Shown: in pieces, positions 1 through 9,884 of the stretch | Layout: each line of letters begins with the position of its first letter | How positions within the stretch are numbered: the first letter of the stretch is position 1 | IMG/VR virus record: IMGVR_UViG_3300021478_000036 | Span: 1 to 54,389 of that record | Strand: one strand, 5' to 3' | Origin: a virus | Lineage: Duplodnaviria; Caudoviricetes | Length of the DNA stretch: 54,389 bases | Translations under genes and position numbers: made by a program | Notes under the pieces: model-generated | What the model was told of the DNA's origin: nothing | Databases searched by the model: none | Seen by the model: only the letters and a program-made list of their open reading frames with translations

Positions 1-467
1 TGGTTCATTCGTTCTTGCGGAGCAAATTCTATAACTGGTGGTTTCATTCTTAACCATTTACAATCTTGACGCACCATACTTGTAATGTACATACCATTAT
101 CTAATGGAGGAGGATTATTAAATACATCATCCATCTTATATTCTATTTTATATCCGAGCTTCAAAACTAAATTACGAGAAGCTATATTCCATTCTGGTAC
201 TAAAGCAATCATTTTCTTTGCCTGTAATTGATTAAATCCATATTGACATGTCAACCATAATAATTGCCTACACAATAGACCTTTAACTGGAACTAGAGCA
301 ATATGAGTAATCACAGAACCATAATTCCAATCTGTAAACAATACACCGCCTACCAGTTGATCACGAGAGTTATACTCAGCAATACAATGGTGTATATGCG
401 GAACGAATTGTACCCGTGCCGCTCTTGCTACAGCATTGATAGCATGAACATCGTTTATACGGATCAT
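1..467 (-). CDS. GNAT-fold acetyltransferase-like phage virion-assembly protein (partial, runs off window edge)
   Basis: Not in the ORF track; translated by hand. ATG at 467 overlaps the TGA of 464..979 (ATGA). Sequence MIRINDVHAIN...QYGFNQLQAKKMIALVPEWNIASRNLVLKLGY...CKWL has the GNAT-like V..N.AS..L..KLG[FY] motif typical of genes after podovirus tail genes. Confidence 0.7.
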   Translation of the reverse strand, partial: MIRINDVHAINAVARAARVQFVPHIHHCIAEYNSRDQLVGGVLFTDWNYGSVITHIALVPVKGLLCRQLLWLTCQYGFNQLQAKKMIALVPEWNIASRNLVLKLGYKIEYKMDDVFNNPPPLDNGMYITSMVRQDCKWLRMKPPVIEFAPQERMN

Positions 468-979
468 GTTACCCTCACCATCAATACTGAACCATTCTTA
501 TAAACACCACCAACTGGAACGCCAGCAGTAGCAGCAGCACTATCATTAGCAGCATCAACTGGTAAAGGAGAAAACACAGCATTAACTAAAGTCAATGAAC
601 CTGTCATTACACCACCACTCAATCCTAGCACTTTATTCCATGTTCTATTAAAACGCGCATAATAGAAACCGTCAATAGGTGCATCAGGGAAACCTGTACC
701 GGGAGCACCTGCTGGACCGGGCGGACCATCTTTACCGGGCGGACCATCTTTACCGGGCGGACCTGCTGGACCTGCTACACTTGCTGAAGATATCGCTTGT
801 GCCACATGGTCTGTAGTAGCAAATACTTGCGATGCTTTAGTTAGCGTCGGTTGTGATGGCTGTTGTTGATTTACAATTAACAAACTCACCGTTTGACGCA
901 TAGCATTGACTGCATCACCCATGCTTTTAAGATCGCCGGAGTGTATTGGTATCGAGGGATATTTAGTAGCAACTGGCAT
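464..979 (-). CDS. Collagen-repeat fibre/structural protein
   Basis: Gly-X-Y run GPAGPPGKDGPPGKDGPPGPAGAPG followed by the DAPIDGFYYARFNRTW fibre motif. Confidence 0.75.
   Translation of the reverse strand: MPVATKYPSIPIHSGDLKSMGDAVNAMRQTVSLLIVNQQQPSQPTLTKASQVFATTDHVAQAISSASVAGPAGPPGKDGPPGKDGPPGPAGAPGTGFPDAPIDGFYYARFNRTWNKVLGLSGGVMTGSLTLVNAVFSPLPVDAANDSAAATAGVPVGGVYKNGSVLMVRVT
716..763. repeat. 18-bp tandem repeat encoding collagen GPPGKD units
   Basis: accgggcggaccatcttt twice plus a partial third copy. Confidence 0.85.
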
Positions 980-3723
980 TAAGCTTTCCTCAACTCCTTC
1001 ACACTCGTTGCCATCTTAAGATGCACAACATTTACTTGACCTTGAAGTTCAAGTTCCCACAGAGTAGCCTTAAACCCATCTGGTATCAATAGAACCTCTT
1101 CGTTCCTTAGTATTTCCTTTACCATTACAAACCTATCATCTGCATACACTCTAATGATTAACCATTGCGTAGCAGGATCAAAGACTTGATCTTGAGAAGT
1201 ATTTCTTGTCATAGGTATAATAGTTACTTCTGACGGTACATCAAATATAATCTTAATGGCTTTGAACGATGCTGGAAACGCCATACGAAACGGTTTGGAC
1301 TCCCACGTCCAATCCCATAATGTAGTAGTACCCGGATTAGCTACTGGTGGGTTCCACTGCATTACTCTGCCATCACTTAATATCTCAAACAATTGACCTG
1401 ATATCTCATCGAAATACATATTCTCAACTGTAGTAGAAAAATGAAGATAAGTAAATGAAGTATTCTTGTCCTCTTTATCTAGGACAAAACCATGTAGTAC
1501 TGCTCCATCAGGATCAACATCAATTAATCCTGTACCTCTTATAAAAGCCACATAGTTTAATCCGAAATGTCCAGCAGCCCAATTCCAAGGCTGTAACGTA
1601 TTGTGAAACTCTTTTTCATAAACAAATTCAGTTATACTTACAGTGCCGCTAGAGTTCAGCAATATAATGCCGTTAGGTGAAGCATAGTAAGCGCCTTCAC
1701 CAGATGACACTACACTGCCCCTACTAATACATGGCTCATTGGATGATATTCTACCAATAGTCATCGTATCAGGAGTAACACCAGTAGCAATGAACGGTGT
1801 TCCTTTACACATGATGTTTAAGGAAGCACCATTTGCAGTTAGTCCCACAATTGGATAATCCACTGTGAGAGCATAAGAAGCAGGCCAAGCGTGAGGCAGA
1901 TAAGCAGCACTGAACCATATCTCCCGTTCGTTACTCCACCCTGCGGCTATACCATTTGCCATCATCACTACCCCCTGAAGATCAATGGGGGGTGCTGTAT
2001 AAAGCTCGCTTGACAGTGGAGAATTAAAAACGACATCCTGTGGCAACGCCGAGTCACTATAGTTAGTTACTCCGGTCGGAAACGGAGGTCCAAACTCTGT
2101 CACTTGATAGTACGATGCATTGCCAGAACTATCAACGACAGTACGATATAAGCGTACTTTGGCTAAATTTCGGTTGGTTGTAATACCAGCAGCGGGAGCA
2201 GGTATAGTTATTGTCCACGTACCAGTAGGATTTCCTGTTTCATTTGTCGGCGGACTAGCTGCACCCTCTTCACCATATGCACTAACGTATGTATAAACAT
2301 ATGCTCTGTTCTCAATATCAGTAACATCAAACTGAATTTGATCACCAACCAACACACCGGCACCAGCAGTAGGCGCGGTTATATTAACCGTTGTTGTGTT
2401 TACTACCCCTTTAGTATCAATCTGTGTAGCTATGGGAAACACTATATTTTGGAATTGGATGCTATCACCAGCACCAACACCACTGCTAGCTACATCTTGG
2501 CTCATCGTAACCTTAAGCCCTGATACACTAGCCACTGTAGTATTAACAATAAGTGCTGCCGAATTTGTAACATCCGTAATTGTCATACCAGCAACAATGC
2601 CAGTAACACTATTCATAGCTAAAGTATTAGGGGATGTGGCTCCACATTGTATTGCATCTCCAGCATTAACAGTACTAGCTACGTTTGCACTTAAAGTAAT
2701 TTCGCTTCCTGAAACAGCAATTATAGTAGTACCAGCAGTAATTGAAGATGGGTTTGAAAGATTTGCAACTGCCATGCCAACTGTAGCACCAGCAGTATTA
2801 CTTAATACTAAAACATTAGGCGGAGGGGATTGGAAATTTATTGCAGTACCTGGAGGTATAAGAGCAGCCATATTTTGGCTTAAAGTAATATTAATTCCCG
2901 ATACAATACTCACGAAAGTACCAGTAGGGATCGAAGATGGATTTGATGGATTTATAGGTATCATACCTTGTGTGATACCAGCACTACTAGGTACAGTTAA
3001 GTACGGAGTACCAGCAGGCGCTCCAACAGTTATTGATTGAGTTATTACAGTTGGAACTAAACTAGTAGAAGTAATAGCTGAGTATGTCGGCGTAATCGAA
3101 TTTGGATTAGTAGCAGCAGTTGTCGTATGTGTTACTGTAGTGGCAGTCTTATCTGTGATAGACATGCCATCGCTAAGATCGGTAGTATTATTAAGAGTTA
3201 ATGTTGTGCCGCCAGCAGGAACGGCAGCAGTAGCCGTTTTTGTTAGGGTTGTTGGTGCCGGTACAACAGTAGGAGCAACAGTAGGAGTGGGGATACCAAT
3301 GACCAACATAGGCCCAAGTGTATTAGTTGCCGGATCATATGTTCTGTATTGAGGAGGTGGCTTTATAGTAGGCCAATCTGGATTATCACCAGTTGAAGCA
3401 TACTGATCAGATGGGAAAAAATAATACCTATTCCATTGATCCCCAACAACGGGGTTGCGTATTACAGCCATATATGGATCAGGAAACTCTAACCATTTGG
3501 AAGCAGAAAAATCAGGGGGTTCAGCAACACTTTCCGGTATACGATACACTTGCTGCGTGTCACTATGGATAGTTGTGTAGACCTGAAGAGCCTGCCGAAA
3601 CCCTCTAACGCCTCCCTTGTAGAGCCATGTATTTTTCGCATACTGCGCGTTTCTATCGGGAAGGAGTATTCCATCCCGAAGTGGCATCATACCAGAGAAA
3701 TCTTGTATAGTAATTACAGACAT
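979..3723 (-). CDS. Tail tubular/stabilisation (nozzle-like) protein with inserted beta-rich repeat domains
   Basis: 914 aa. N-terminus ITIQDFSGMMP...AQYAKN, plus RAYVYTYVSAYGEEG, EIWFSAAYLPHAWP and C-terminal WESKPF. This pattern and position fit podovirus tail-tubular-B-like proteins. Confidence 0.65.
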   Translation of the reverse strand: MSVITIQDFSGMMPLRDGILLPDRNAQYAKNTWLYKGGVRGFRQALQVYTTIHSDTQQVYRIPESVAEPPDFSASKWLEFPDPYMAVIRNPVVGDQWNRYYFFPSDQYASTGDNPDWPTIKPPPQYRTYDPATNTLGPMLVIGIPTPTVAPTVVPAPTTLTKTATAAVPAGGTTLTLNNTTDLSDGMSITDKTATTVTHTTTAATNPNSITPTYSAITSTSLVPTVITQSITVGAPAGTPYLTVPSSAGITQGMIPINPSNPSSIPTGTFVSIVSGINITLSQNMAALIPPGTAINFQSPPPNVLVLSNTAGATVGMAVANLSNPSSITAGTTIIAVSGSEITLSANVASTVNAGDAIQCGATSPNTLAMNSVTGIVAGMTITDVTNSAALIVNTTVASVSGLKVTMSQDVASSGVGAGDSIQFQNIVFPIATQIDTKGVVNTTTVNITAPTAGAGVLVGDQIQFDVTDIENRAYVYTYVSAYGEEGAASPPTNETGNPTGTWTITIPAPAAGITTNRNLAKVRLYRTVVDSSGNASYYQVTEFGPPFPTGVTNYSDSALPQDVVFNSPLSSELYTAPPIDLQGVVMMANGIAAGWSNEREIWFSAAYLPHAWPASYALTVDYPIVGLTANGASLNIMCKGTPFIATGVTPDTMTIGRISSNEPCISRGSVVSSGEGAYYASPNGIILLNSSGTVSITEFVYEKEFHNTLQPWNWAAGHFGLNYVAFIRGTGLIDVDPDGAVLHGFVLDKEDKNTSFTYLHFSTTVENMYFDEISGQLFEILSDGRVMQWNPPVANPGTTTLWDWTWESKPFRMAFPASFKAIKIIFDVPSEVTIIPMTRNTSQDQVFDPATQWLIIRVYADDRFVMVKEILRNEEVLLIPDGFKATLWELELQGQVNVVHLKMATSVKELRKA

Positions 3724-3927
3724 TTATCTTTGTCTTGCTCGTTGCTGGTTAGTTTCTACTGCCTTTCTGCCTGCCTCTTGTTCTTCTTGAAATCTCTGTT
3801 TAGTGAGTTTCAACGCATCCTTTCCAGCTTGCTGTTCTTGTAAGGTCTTTTCTGACAAGTATTGATTGGCAGGTTCTTTAGCTTCTGGTGTGTCACTTTT
3901 TGGCCTGGGGGGTAACGGAGCTGACAT
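3724..3927 (-). CDS. Hypothetical protein
   Basis: 67 aa with GAGG RBS, packed between neighbours. Confidence 0.7.
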   Translation of the reverse strand: MSAPLPPRPKSDTPEAKEPANQYLSEKTLQEQQAGKDALKLTKQRFQEEQEAGRKAVETNQQRARQR

Positions 3928-3950
3928 GTTCTTTTCCTCACTATAGTTAG

Positions 3951-4283
3951 TTACGCTAAGACTATCGCATACGGTTGCATGTGCGACGGGATTACGTTAG
4001 CAGTAGTAGTCCATACTTCAGTTTGCGCTTGAGTAATGATGACCGAAAGATTACCAACGATAAACGATGCGCCCCAAACTTCCACTTGGATTTGAGTTGC
4101 ACAAGCATTCGGATTACCTCCTTGCGCTCCTTGCCCCCAAACCTCTACTTGGGCTTGGGTTATATAAGCAATCGTAGAACCCAAAGCTATATCTATAACA
4201 GCATAAACATTAATCTTTGAAACCTCTACGGCATTATTATCTATAACAGCATAAACATTAACTTTTGAAACTTCGGTAGTCAT
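3951..4283 (-). CDS. Small virion-associated protein made of short beta-strand repeats
   Basis: EVSK[VI]NVYAVID x2 and TQ[AI]Q[VT]EVW x3; the direct DNA repeat ctataacagcataaacattaa occurs near 4193 and 4241. Confidence 0.7.
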   Translation of the reverse strand: MTTEVSKVNVYAVIDNNAVEVSKINVYAVIDIALGSTIAYITQAQVEVWGQGAQGGNPNACATQIQVEVWGASFIVGNLSVIITQAQTEVWTTTANVIPSHMQPYAIVLA

Positions 4284-5308
4284 TAAGCTATACTCTGTAC
4301 GCCATAATTAAATGTAGCTGCTGTCACATCGGCTATCGTCCACGCTGCTGCTGTATTTGGGTTAGTGGGCCACACTAGATTAGGAAAATTACCGAATGCA
4401 GCCCCAGGTGCATAACTTGAAGACCAATAGCGTGTACCATTAAAGTTAAACCCTGACTGTACATGCTGTGGACCAGCATCCACCGAAGCAAGAGCACGCA
4501 TAGATGTCACTACTGCCCTAACAATCCAAGAGCCAGTAGGGACTGTAATACCGCCAGTTTTATAATCATTAATTTGTCCAGCAGTTGGACTAGTAACAAA
4601 TGTTCCATCAGCAATAACTGCTTTATTAACGTTTGTTGCCGTTCCTGTCCACTGAGTAAGTGTGCCAGAAGTTGCAGAGTTCAATAACCACAACTTCATT
4701 GAACGAGTATCAATATCAGCAACAATAACTTCCGAGAAGTTATTATTAGAAACGTTAGTTTGACATGGAGTAAGATAGAAAAAACTAAGACTGGTTGCGC
4801 CATCAGTCGTAACATTTATACTAGCACCAGTATCGCAAATATTAACACCATTAGCATAAATTATCACGCGCCCAGTAGCCGAGTAGTTAACAAAAATATC
4901 TATCTTGACAAGTACAGCTTGACCAAAGGCTCCATTAGTTCCAGTAACAAGATCAACAATCGTTCCTGCCGCATTACGAGTAGAAATTTTAAATTGTCCA
5001 ACGTTGCCTGTGTTTCGGATTAAAAGACGCGCAACTCCAGCAGCATCAGCAAATGCAAATGGAATAGTATTAAGTATCTGTCCAACTCCACTAGCCGAAC
5101 TAACAAACCCACAATGAAACCAGAACGACGATAAATTGCCTAATGAAACTGGATTGGTAGCATAGCTAGTAGGCGGCCAAGCTGCATTACTAGTATTCAT
5201 AAGTATATTACCACGCAATGCAGCATCAAACGGTCCAGTAGTTGAACCGATAGCCGTTCCTGCTAAAGTAAAATCAACATCCTCAGTACCTGCAAAATAA
5301 ATGGTCAT
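4283..5308 (-). CDS. Putative virion structural/receptor-binding beta-sandwich protein
   Basis: 341 aa, Thr/Gly/Asn-rich; C-terminal PTNPNTAAAWT is shared with the neighbouring gene. Confidence 0.6.
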   Translation of the reverse strand: MTIYFAGTEDVDFTLAGTAIGSTTGPFDAALRGNILMNTSNAAWPPTSYATNPVSLGNLSSFWFHCGFVSSASGVGQILNTIPFAFADAAGVARLLIRNTGNVGQFKISTRNAAGTIVDLVTGTNGAFGQAVLVKIDIFVNYSATGRVIIYANGVNICDTGASINVTTDGATSLSFFYLTPCQTNVSNNNFSEVIVADIDTRSMKLWLLNSATSGTLTQWTGTATNVNKAVIADGTFVTSPTAGQINDYKTGGITVPTGSWIVRAVVTSMRALASVDAGPQHVQSGFNFNGTRYWSSSYAPGAAFGNFPNLVWPTNPNTAAAWTIADVTAATFNYGVQSIA

Positions 5309-6834
5309 GAGACTACCTTAAGTCCAACCTCGATAGCATTAATACCTGATACAGTCCATGCGGCTCCTGTATTTGGATCGGTGGCATATTGTTGAAACGG
5401 CATATACTGATATGATGTTGCAAGTATTACTGGAGCACCAAGAGTAACGTTTGCACCAGACTTAAAATAAGTCTGCATTGTTCTTGCACCAGTATCAGAC
5501 ATCCTCACCAATTCTCTGACCTGAGCAACAACAATAGATTGTGGTGACACTGGTAAACCATTAGTAAGATAACTATCGGTAGCTCCAACTATATTAGAAT
5601 AGTTCATTGTGGTGTCGCCATCTTGTACTTGCTGATTGACATTTTGCCAGTTTGCTGGTGTCCAGTTAATTGTCAAAGTAAATTGTGCGCTAGCAACTCC
5701 ACCAGCCGGATTAGCAGGGAATGTAGGATAAGTAACGCCAGTATTTGTTTTATTCCAGTTAGTACCAGTACTGTTATTATAAGCAAGCGAAAATGCTGCA
5801 TCACCCATAATTGCAAAATGATAATTAACTCCAGCAACAACATTAACTGGTGTCGGAAATGTAAATGTAACAACTCCTGATGCAGGATTTGTAACTGCGG
5901 TAGAAGTACCAAGAACAACACCGGGTGCTCCTGCCGTATCTGCATAAACGCAAGCTATAAGATGCCCGGTCATAGCAGCTTGTAAAGTAACAGTAAATGA
6001 CGGCACAGTTCCAGTATATGTAGCTGCTTGTGCTGCGCTCCAATGAACAGTATTTGCAACGCCAGCAAAAGTTCCCACTGTAGACGAAATTGGAGTAGTA
6101 GGAGTAGGTTGTGATGTAAATTGCGTATTTGATCCCGGAGCGGCAGGAGATAAAATCCAAGCTCGCACATCGCCAACCCAAGTATTCGGAGCCGCTCCAC
6201 TATCATCAAAAATTAATAGATCATCAATCTCGCCCGAGAAAGAAGTACTGGAACCATTAACAAACTGAATACCATTACAATAATTATTAGCACTTCCACC
6301 GCGCGTATTGATGCCAGTTTGAACCCAAGTATCAGTTGTCACTCCATTCTTCCGAATACGAACTTCACCCGTTGTATTATTAAAAACAATCCTAATTTGA
6401 AAATGATTCCATACATTCTGTGTAAATGCATTTGTGAAAGTAGCGACGATAGTTCCACCAGTACCACCAGTACGAACATAAATATTTTGATCGACGGCAC
6501 TAAAATGAATTGTTACTTGTGTAGTAGCAATATCAAGCAACGTCATAAAAGTATCATTAACTGTAGCAAATGGAGCATTTTGGAAGAAAGCAAAATTTAC
6601 ATAAACAGTAGCTGAAGTATTACCATGCGGCCATTGCTGTGAAGTTAATACACCAGTTGTAATACCGCTTTTAACAATAGAGCAATACTTCCCTAAATTA
6701 AATCTTGTTCCAACTGGGCCTCCAAGTGCCGTTCCTATGTTCGCAGTATTCCACAAACCGCCCGGCAACAGTAACTCATTAGCGGGCTGTTGGGTTAGAT
6801 ACAAATCAAAACTGTCAGCGAATACGAAGGCCAT
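5305..6834 (-). CDS. Putative virion structural/receptor-binding protein (LamG/concanavalin-like N-domain)
   Basis: 509 aa; FADSFD start, WNHFQIRI...GEVRIRKNG...IDDLLI LamG-like strands, C-terminal TDPNTGAAWT. Confidence 0.6.
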   Translation of the reverse strand: MAFVFADSFDLYLTQQPANELLLPGGLWNTANIGTALGGPVGTRFNLGKYCSIVKSGITTGVLTSQQWPHGNTSATVYVNFAFFQNAPFATVNDTFMTLLDIATTQVTIHFSAVDQNIYVRTGGTGGTIVATFTNAFTQNVWNHFQIRIVFNNTTGEVRIRKNGVTTDTWVQTGINTRGGSANNYCNGIQFVNGSSTSFSGEIDDLLIFDDSGAAPNTWVGDVRAWILSPAAPGSNTQFTSQPTPTTPISSTVGTFAGVANTVHWSAAQAATYTGTVPSFTVTLQAAMTGHLIACVYADTAGAPGVVLGTSTAVTNPASGVVTFTFPTPVNVVAGVNYHFAIMGDAAFSLAYNNSTGTNWNKTNTGVTYPTFPANPAGGVASAQFTLTINWTPANWQNVNQQVQDGDTTMNYSNIVGATDSYLTNGLPVSPQSIVVAQVRELVRMSDTGARTMQTYFKSGANVTLGAPVILATSYQYMPFQQYATDPNTGAAWTVSGINAIEVGLKVVS

Positions 6835-6836
6835 CG

Positions 6837-8060
6837 TTACGTCCTCGTCACTAAAATAGTGAGGCTGACGTCAGCCAGCGTTGCATCCTGTGTGGCTGGC
6901 GCAACCATTTGAAGTATATCGCCTACCACTAATATCCCTCCGCTACCTGCCAATGTAACTGATGTATGGCTTGCTGGTGTAACGGTCAGAGTGCCTATTG
7001 CAGTAGTCACTCCAGCACTTATTTTGTTCAAAGTAAATGCTGCGTTTGCCGTTGCTTGCGTACTATCATATACTAATGCACCAGCAAGATTAGCGGGGAC
7101 ATTAATTCCTATTGGCATTGGTACGTTAATGACTTGACTTGCGGGCGGTTTCCCCGGATAAATAAAAGGTATCGGAACAGGAATAACTACCCAAGTAGCA
7201 TTCTTACGCCCATATATATTATTATCAATTGGTGCTTCTGGAACACCTGAAGGCGGTATTATTCCTGATTCAGTAAGCACAGCCCATTGGTTGTTCATCC
7301 GCCCCCAAACTTCACCATCATTGGGAGCGTCAACTTGAAGAGGGTCAGGTATCCAACCACCATTATTACGGACATATATCTTACCATCAGAGGTAGCATC
7401 AACTTGAATAGGATCAGGTATCCAATTAGCATTCCTACGACTGTAAAGAGTGCCATCAAGTGGCGCATCTATAACATAACTAGTTGTAGAGTTACTAAAA
7501 CCAATCTCCTCCCAAAAATAATTGATGCCATTTGTTGCCCATTCATACAATAAATTGTTATTTGTATCAAACCATTGATCTAATACATGTTGACCAGTCG
7601 GCGGGTCTGGACCCCAAAAATATCTAATATTAGTACTAACGACTGCACTTCCGGGTAGCAAGCTAACAACTGGAGGTATAGATGCATCACATGCAGATTT
7701 CGATGGCATATTAATTGTTAATATATCATCCCGCGGAATTGTTGAACCGACAATCTCAGTTGCTATTACAATGTTATATTGTTGTCCATCAATACCTCCC
7801 GAAATTAAAAACGAAAGAACAGTACCAGTTGCATTTAATATTGGATCGGTCAAGAACAACGGTGGATTAGTTTCGGCATCAGCAGTAAAATTATATGTCT
7901 CAATAACATGTCCAGCCAATATAGTAGTAAAATCTAAAATAACTAAAATTTGGTCTGAAACTTTTTTAACTATAGGGCCAAACTGTTTTGTGCTGTCTGC
8001 ATAAAAATATGCAGTACGATTGTTTACTGTACCAGCAGGAAGAAGATAATTAGATGTCAT
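6837..8060 (-). CDS. Tail fibre-related protein with four DAP-x-DG-x-x-Y-x-R-x-N-x-x-W repeats
   Basis: Repeats [48 protein letters not shown] and [16 protein letters not shown]. Confidence 0.65.
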   Translation of the reverse strand: MTSNYLLPAGTVNNRTAYFYADSTKQFGPIVKKVSDQILVILDFTTILAGHVIETYNFTADAETNPPLFLTDPILNATGTVLSFLISGGIDGQQYNIVIATEIVGSTIPRDDILTINMPSKSACDASIPPVVSLLPGSAVVSTNIRYFWGPDPPTGQHVLDQWFDTNNNLLYEWATNGINYFWEEIGFSNSTTSYVIDAPLDGTLYSRRNANWIPDPIQVDATSDGKIYVRNNGGWIPDPLQVDAPNDGEVWGRMNNQWAVLTESGIIPPSGVPEAPIDNNIYGRKNATWVVIPVPIPFIYPGKPPASQVINVPMPIGINVPANLAGALVYDSTQATANAAFTLNKISAGVTTAIGTLTVTPASHTSVTLAGSGGILVVGDILQMVAPATQDATLADVSLTILVTRT

Positions 8061-9031
8061 GTCTTTATTATCCTCGTCCGAGAGATATATGGCGGAAGAA
8101 TATTAATTGGAGTACCACCACCCACTGGATCAGTTGTTAATGTTAAACTATTATTAATAACAACTGTTGCAGGTTGTATATCGCCACTCAAATTAACAGC
8201 AGGAGGAGCGCCTACACCAGCAGCAAAACCAATCGAAGAAACAGTAACACTCATTCCAATAGTATTCGATGAAAATTGATGGGTATGTGGTTGTGAAGTA
8301 TGCCCGTGTGGTTGAATAGTATGCGTGTGGCTTGGTAAATTAGTTAAATTTAATGCAGCAGTAGTCGAACCACCCATAGACCCTAATGGAAAACTAGAAC
8401 CAGCAGTAACACCAAAACGATTAAGAGAAGGAGGAACCGCAAATGTAGTCGTACCATTTCCACCAAACCTATTACCTAAAAGAGCACCTAATGCCGGGTA
8501 GGTTGATATATTATATACACTACCATCTTCCAATAACCAACCGGCAGGAGCATTAACTCCATAATAATCCATAGATACACCGGGAGGAAATACGTTAGCA
8601 AGAGCAGTATTTGTAGCATTTATTTCATTTTGTAAATTCTGTTCTGCTAACTCCGCTCTTGTTGTCTCAGCGTCGATCTCGTTTTGTAAAACTTGATCAG
8701 CATTTATTCTGTTCTGTGTTTCTATAGCTATTAATACTTGAATTTCTTGCAAGTCTGCAAATAAAGACCATTTAGTGTTATCAAACGCTCCTTGTGTATT
8801 ATTTTGGAGACAGCGGTATAAACTACCATTATATATAACAAAATCACCTGCAACATATAAAGCTAATTGTGAGTAATATCTTACCGCAACAAAGTCAACA
8901 GGAGATTTAGATGTGTCTAAAGCTCCTATTTGTATGTCAGCAAAGTTGATATAAAGCTCGCCCGAAAACTCAGTAACGGGGGGCCGCTCTAGGGTGGTAT
9001 AGTATCGTATAGTTTGGACACGACTAGCCAC
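8057..9031 (-). CDS. Tail fibre protein with phage tail collar domain
   Basis: [53 protein letters not shown] is a canonical collar motif; also a coiled-coil segment and HTHT repeats. Confidence 0.85.
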   Translation of the reverse strand: MASRVQTIRYYTTLERPPVTEFSGELYINFADIQIGALDTSKSPVDFVAVRYYSQLALYVAGDFVIYNGSLYRCLQNNTQGAFDNTKWSLFADLQEIQVLIAIETQNRINADQVLQNEIDAETTRAELAEQNLQNEINATNTALANVFPPGVSMDYYGVNAPAGWLLEDGSVYNISTYPALGALLGNRFGGNGTTTFAVPPSLNRFGVTAGSSFPLGSMGGSTTAALNLTNLPSHTHTIQPHGHTSQPHTHQFSSNTIGMSVTVSSIGFAAGVGAPPAVNLSGDIQPATVVINNSLTLTTDPVGGGTPINILPPYISRTRIIKT

Positions 9032-9884
9032 TCGTTATTCCCCCAAATATCCATAGTATGAACACATAACTATCGACAGCAGGAGCAGTCGCGAAAGTTA
9101 TAGAACCACCAGATGCATCGAACTGTATTGTAGGCTCTTGCCATACACCATCAATAGATACAAACAATGAGTTAGGAGTTGTAACATTGGGTATAAACAA
9201 ATCAGTTGAGATAAGAGAGAACGTAGTAGTGACCCCATCAAGCTCAAGTGGTTGCATTCTTTTAATTGTAATATTGCCGCTTACGCCACTATCTCCACCA
9301 GTATCAGGTGGAGGAGTACCCACACCAGATATAGCCCAAAAGTTAGTCACACCGTCAGTAACATAATCATACCAAACATGATCAATCAAATTATACCAAC
9401 GATCAAGTAAATTAGCATTTGTTGGTGCAATAGCAGAAACAAAAAATCTAGGGTATTTATTAACAAAAACTTCTTGAGTGCCATATTGTATAAAATTGTT
9501 TTTGTATGTATCTCCTTCAGAACCACAAGCACAACCACCCTCACCAAATACATTAATTATTAACAAATCACTATGTATAGAACCATCATCAAGTACCGCA
9601 TTAGCTACAACGTTATAAGACATATCTGAATAGCCGCCATCAACATAAAATGTCACTAGTGGATCGGCAACCACAACACTATCTATAGTGAGTGGAGGTA
9701 CTCCACCCGGTTCAATTTCAAACCAAATTTTATCAACTGAAACAGTCGGAATTAACTTGCTATAGTCCATAGTAAGTTGTACGCGCCCATCAAGAGGTTT
9801 ATCGAACGAACCCATCTTGTTCGTACTATTGACATAATAGTATGCTGTATTAGTTTGAGAGAATGGTATGGGATAATTCATCAC
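9024..9884 (-). CDS. Tail/fibre adaptor-like structural protein, paralogous to the N-terminus of 6837..8060
   Basis: Shares TAY[YF]Y..ST..[MF]G and D[RQ]W[YF]...Y[DE]..T[DN]G...FW motifs with 6837..8060; C-terminal DGVTTTFSL...VSIDGVWQEP...ITFATAP module. Confidence 0.6.
   Translation of the reverse strand: MMNYPIPFSQTNTAYYYVNSTNKMGSFDKPLDGRVQLTMDYSKLIPTVSVDKIWFEIEPGGVPPLTIDSVVVADPLVTFYVDGGYSDMSYNVVANAVLDDGSIHSDLLIINVFGEGGCACGSEGDTYKNNFIQYGTQEVFVNKYPRFFVSAIAPTNANLLDRWYNLIDHVWYDYVTDGVTNFWAISGVGTPPPDTGGDSGVSGNITIKRMQPLELDGVTTTFSLISTDLFIPNVTTPNSLFVSIDGVWQEPTIQFDASGGSITFATAPAVDSYVFILWIFGGITSG

Noticed and set aside
303-503. 66-aa plus-strand ORF
   Set aside because: Overlaps the better-supported minus-strand GNAT-like gene.
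2396-3040. 214-aa plus-strand ORF
   Set aside because: Antisense shadow of the repetitive tail gene.
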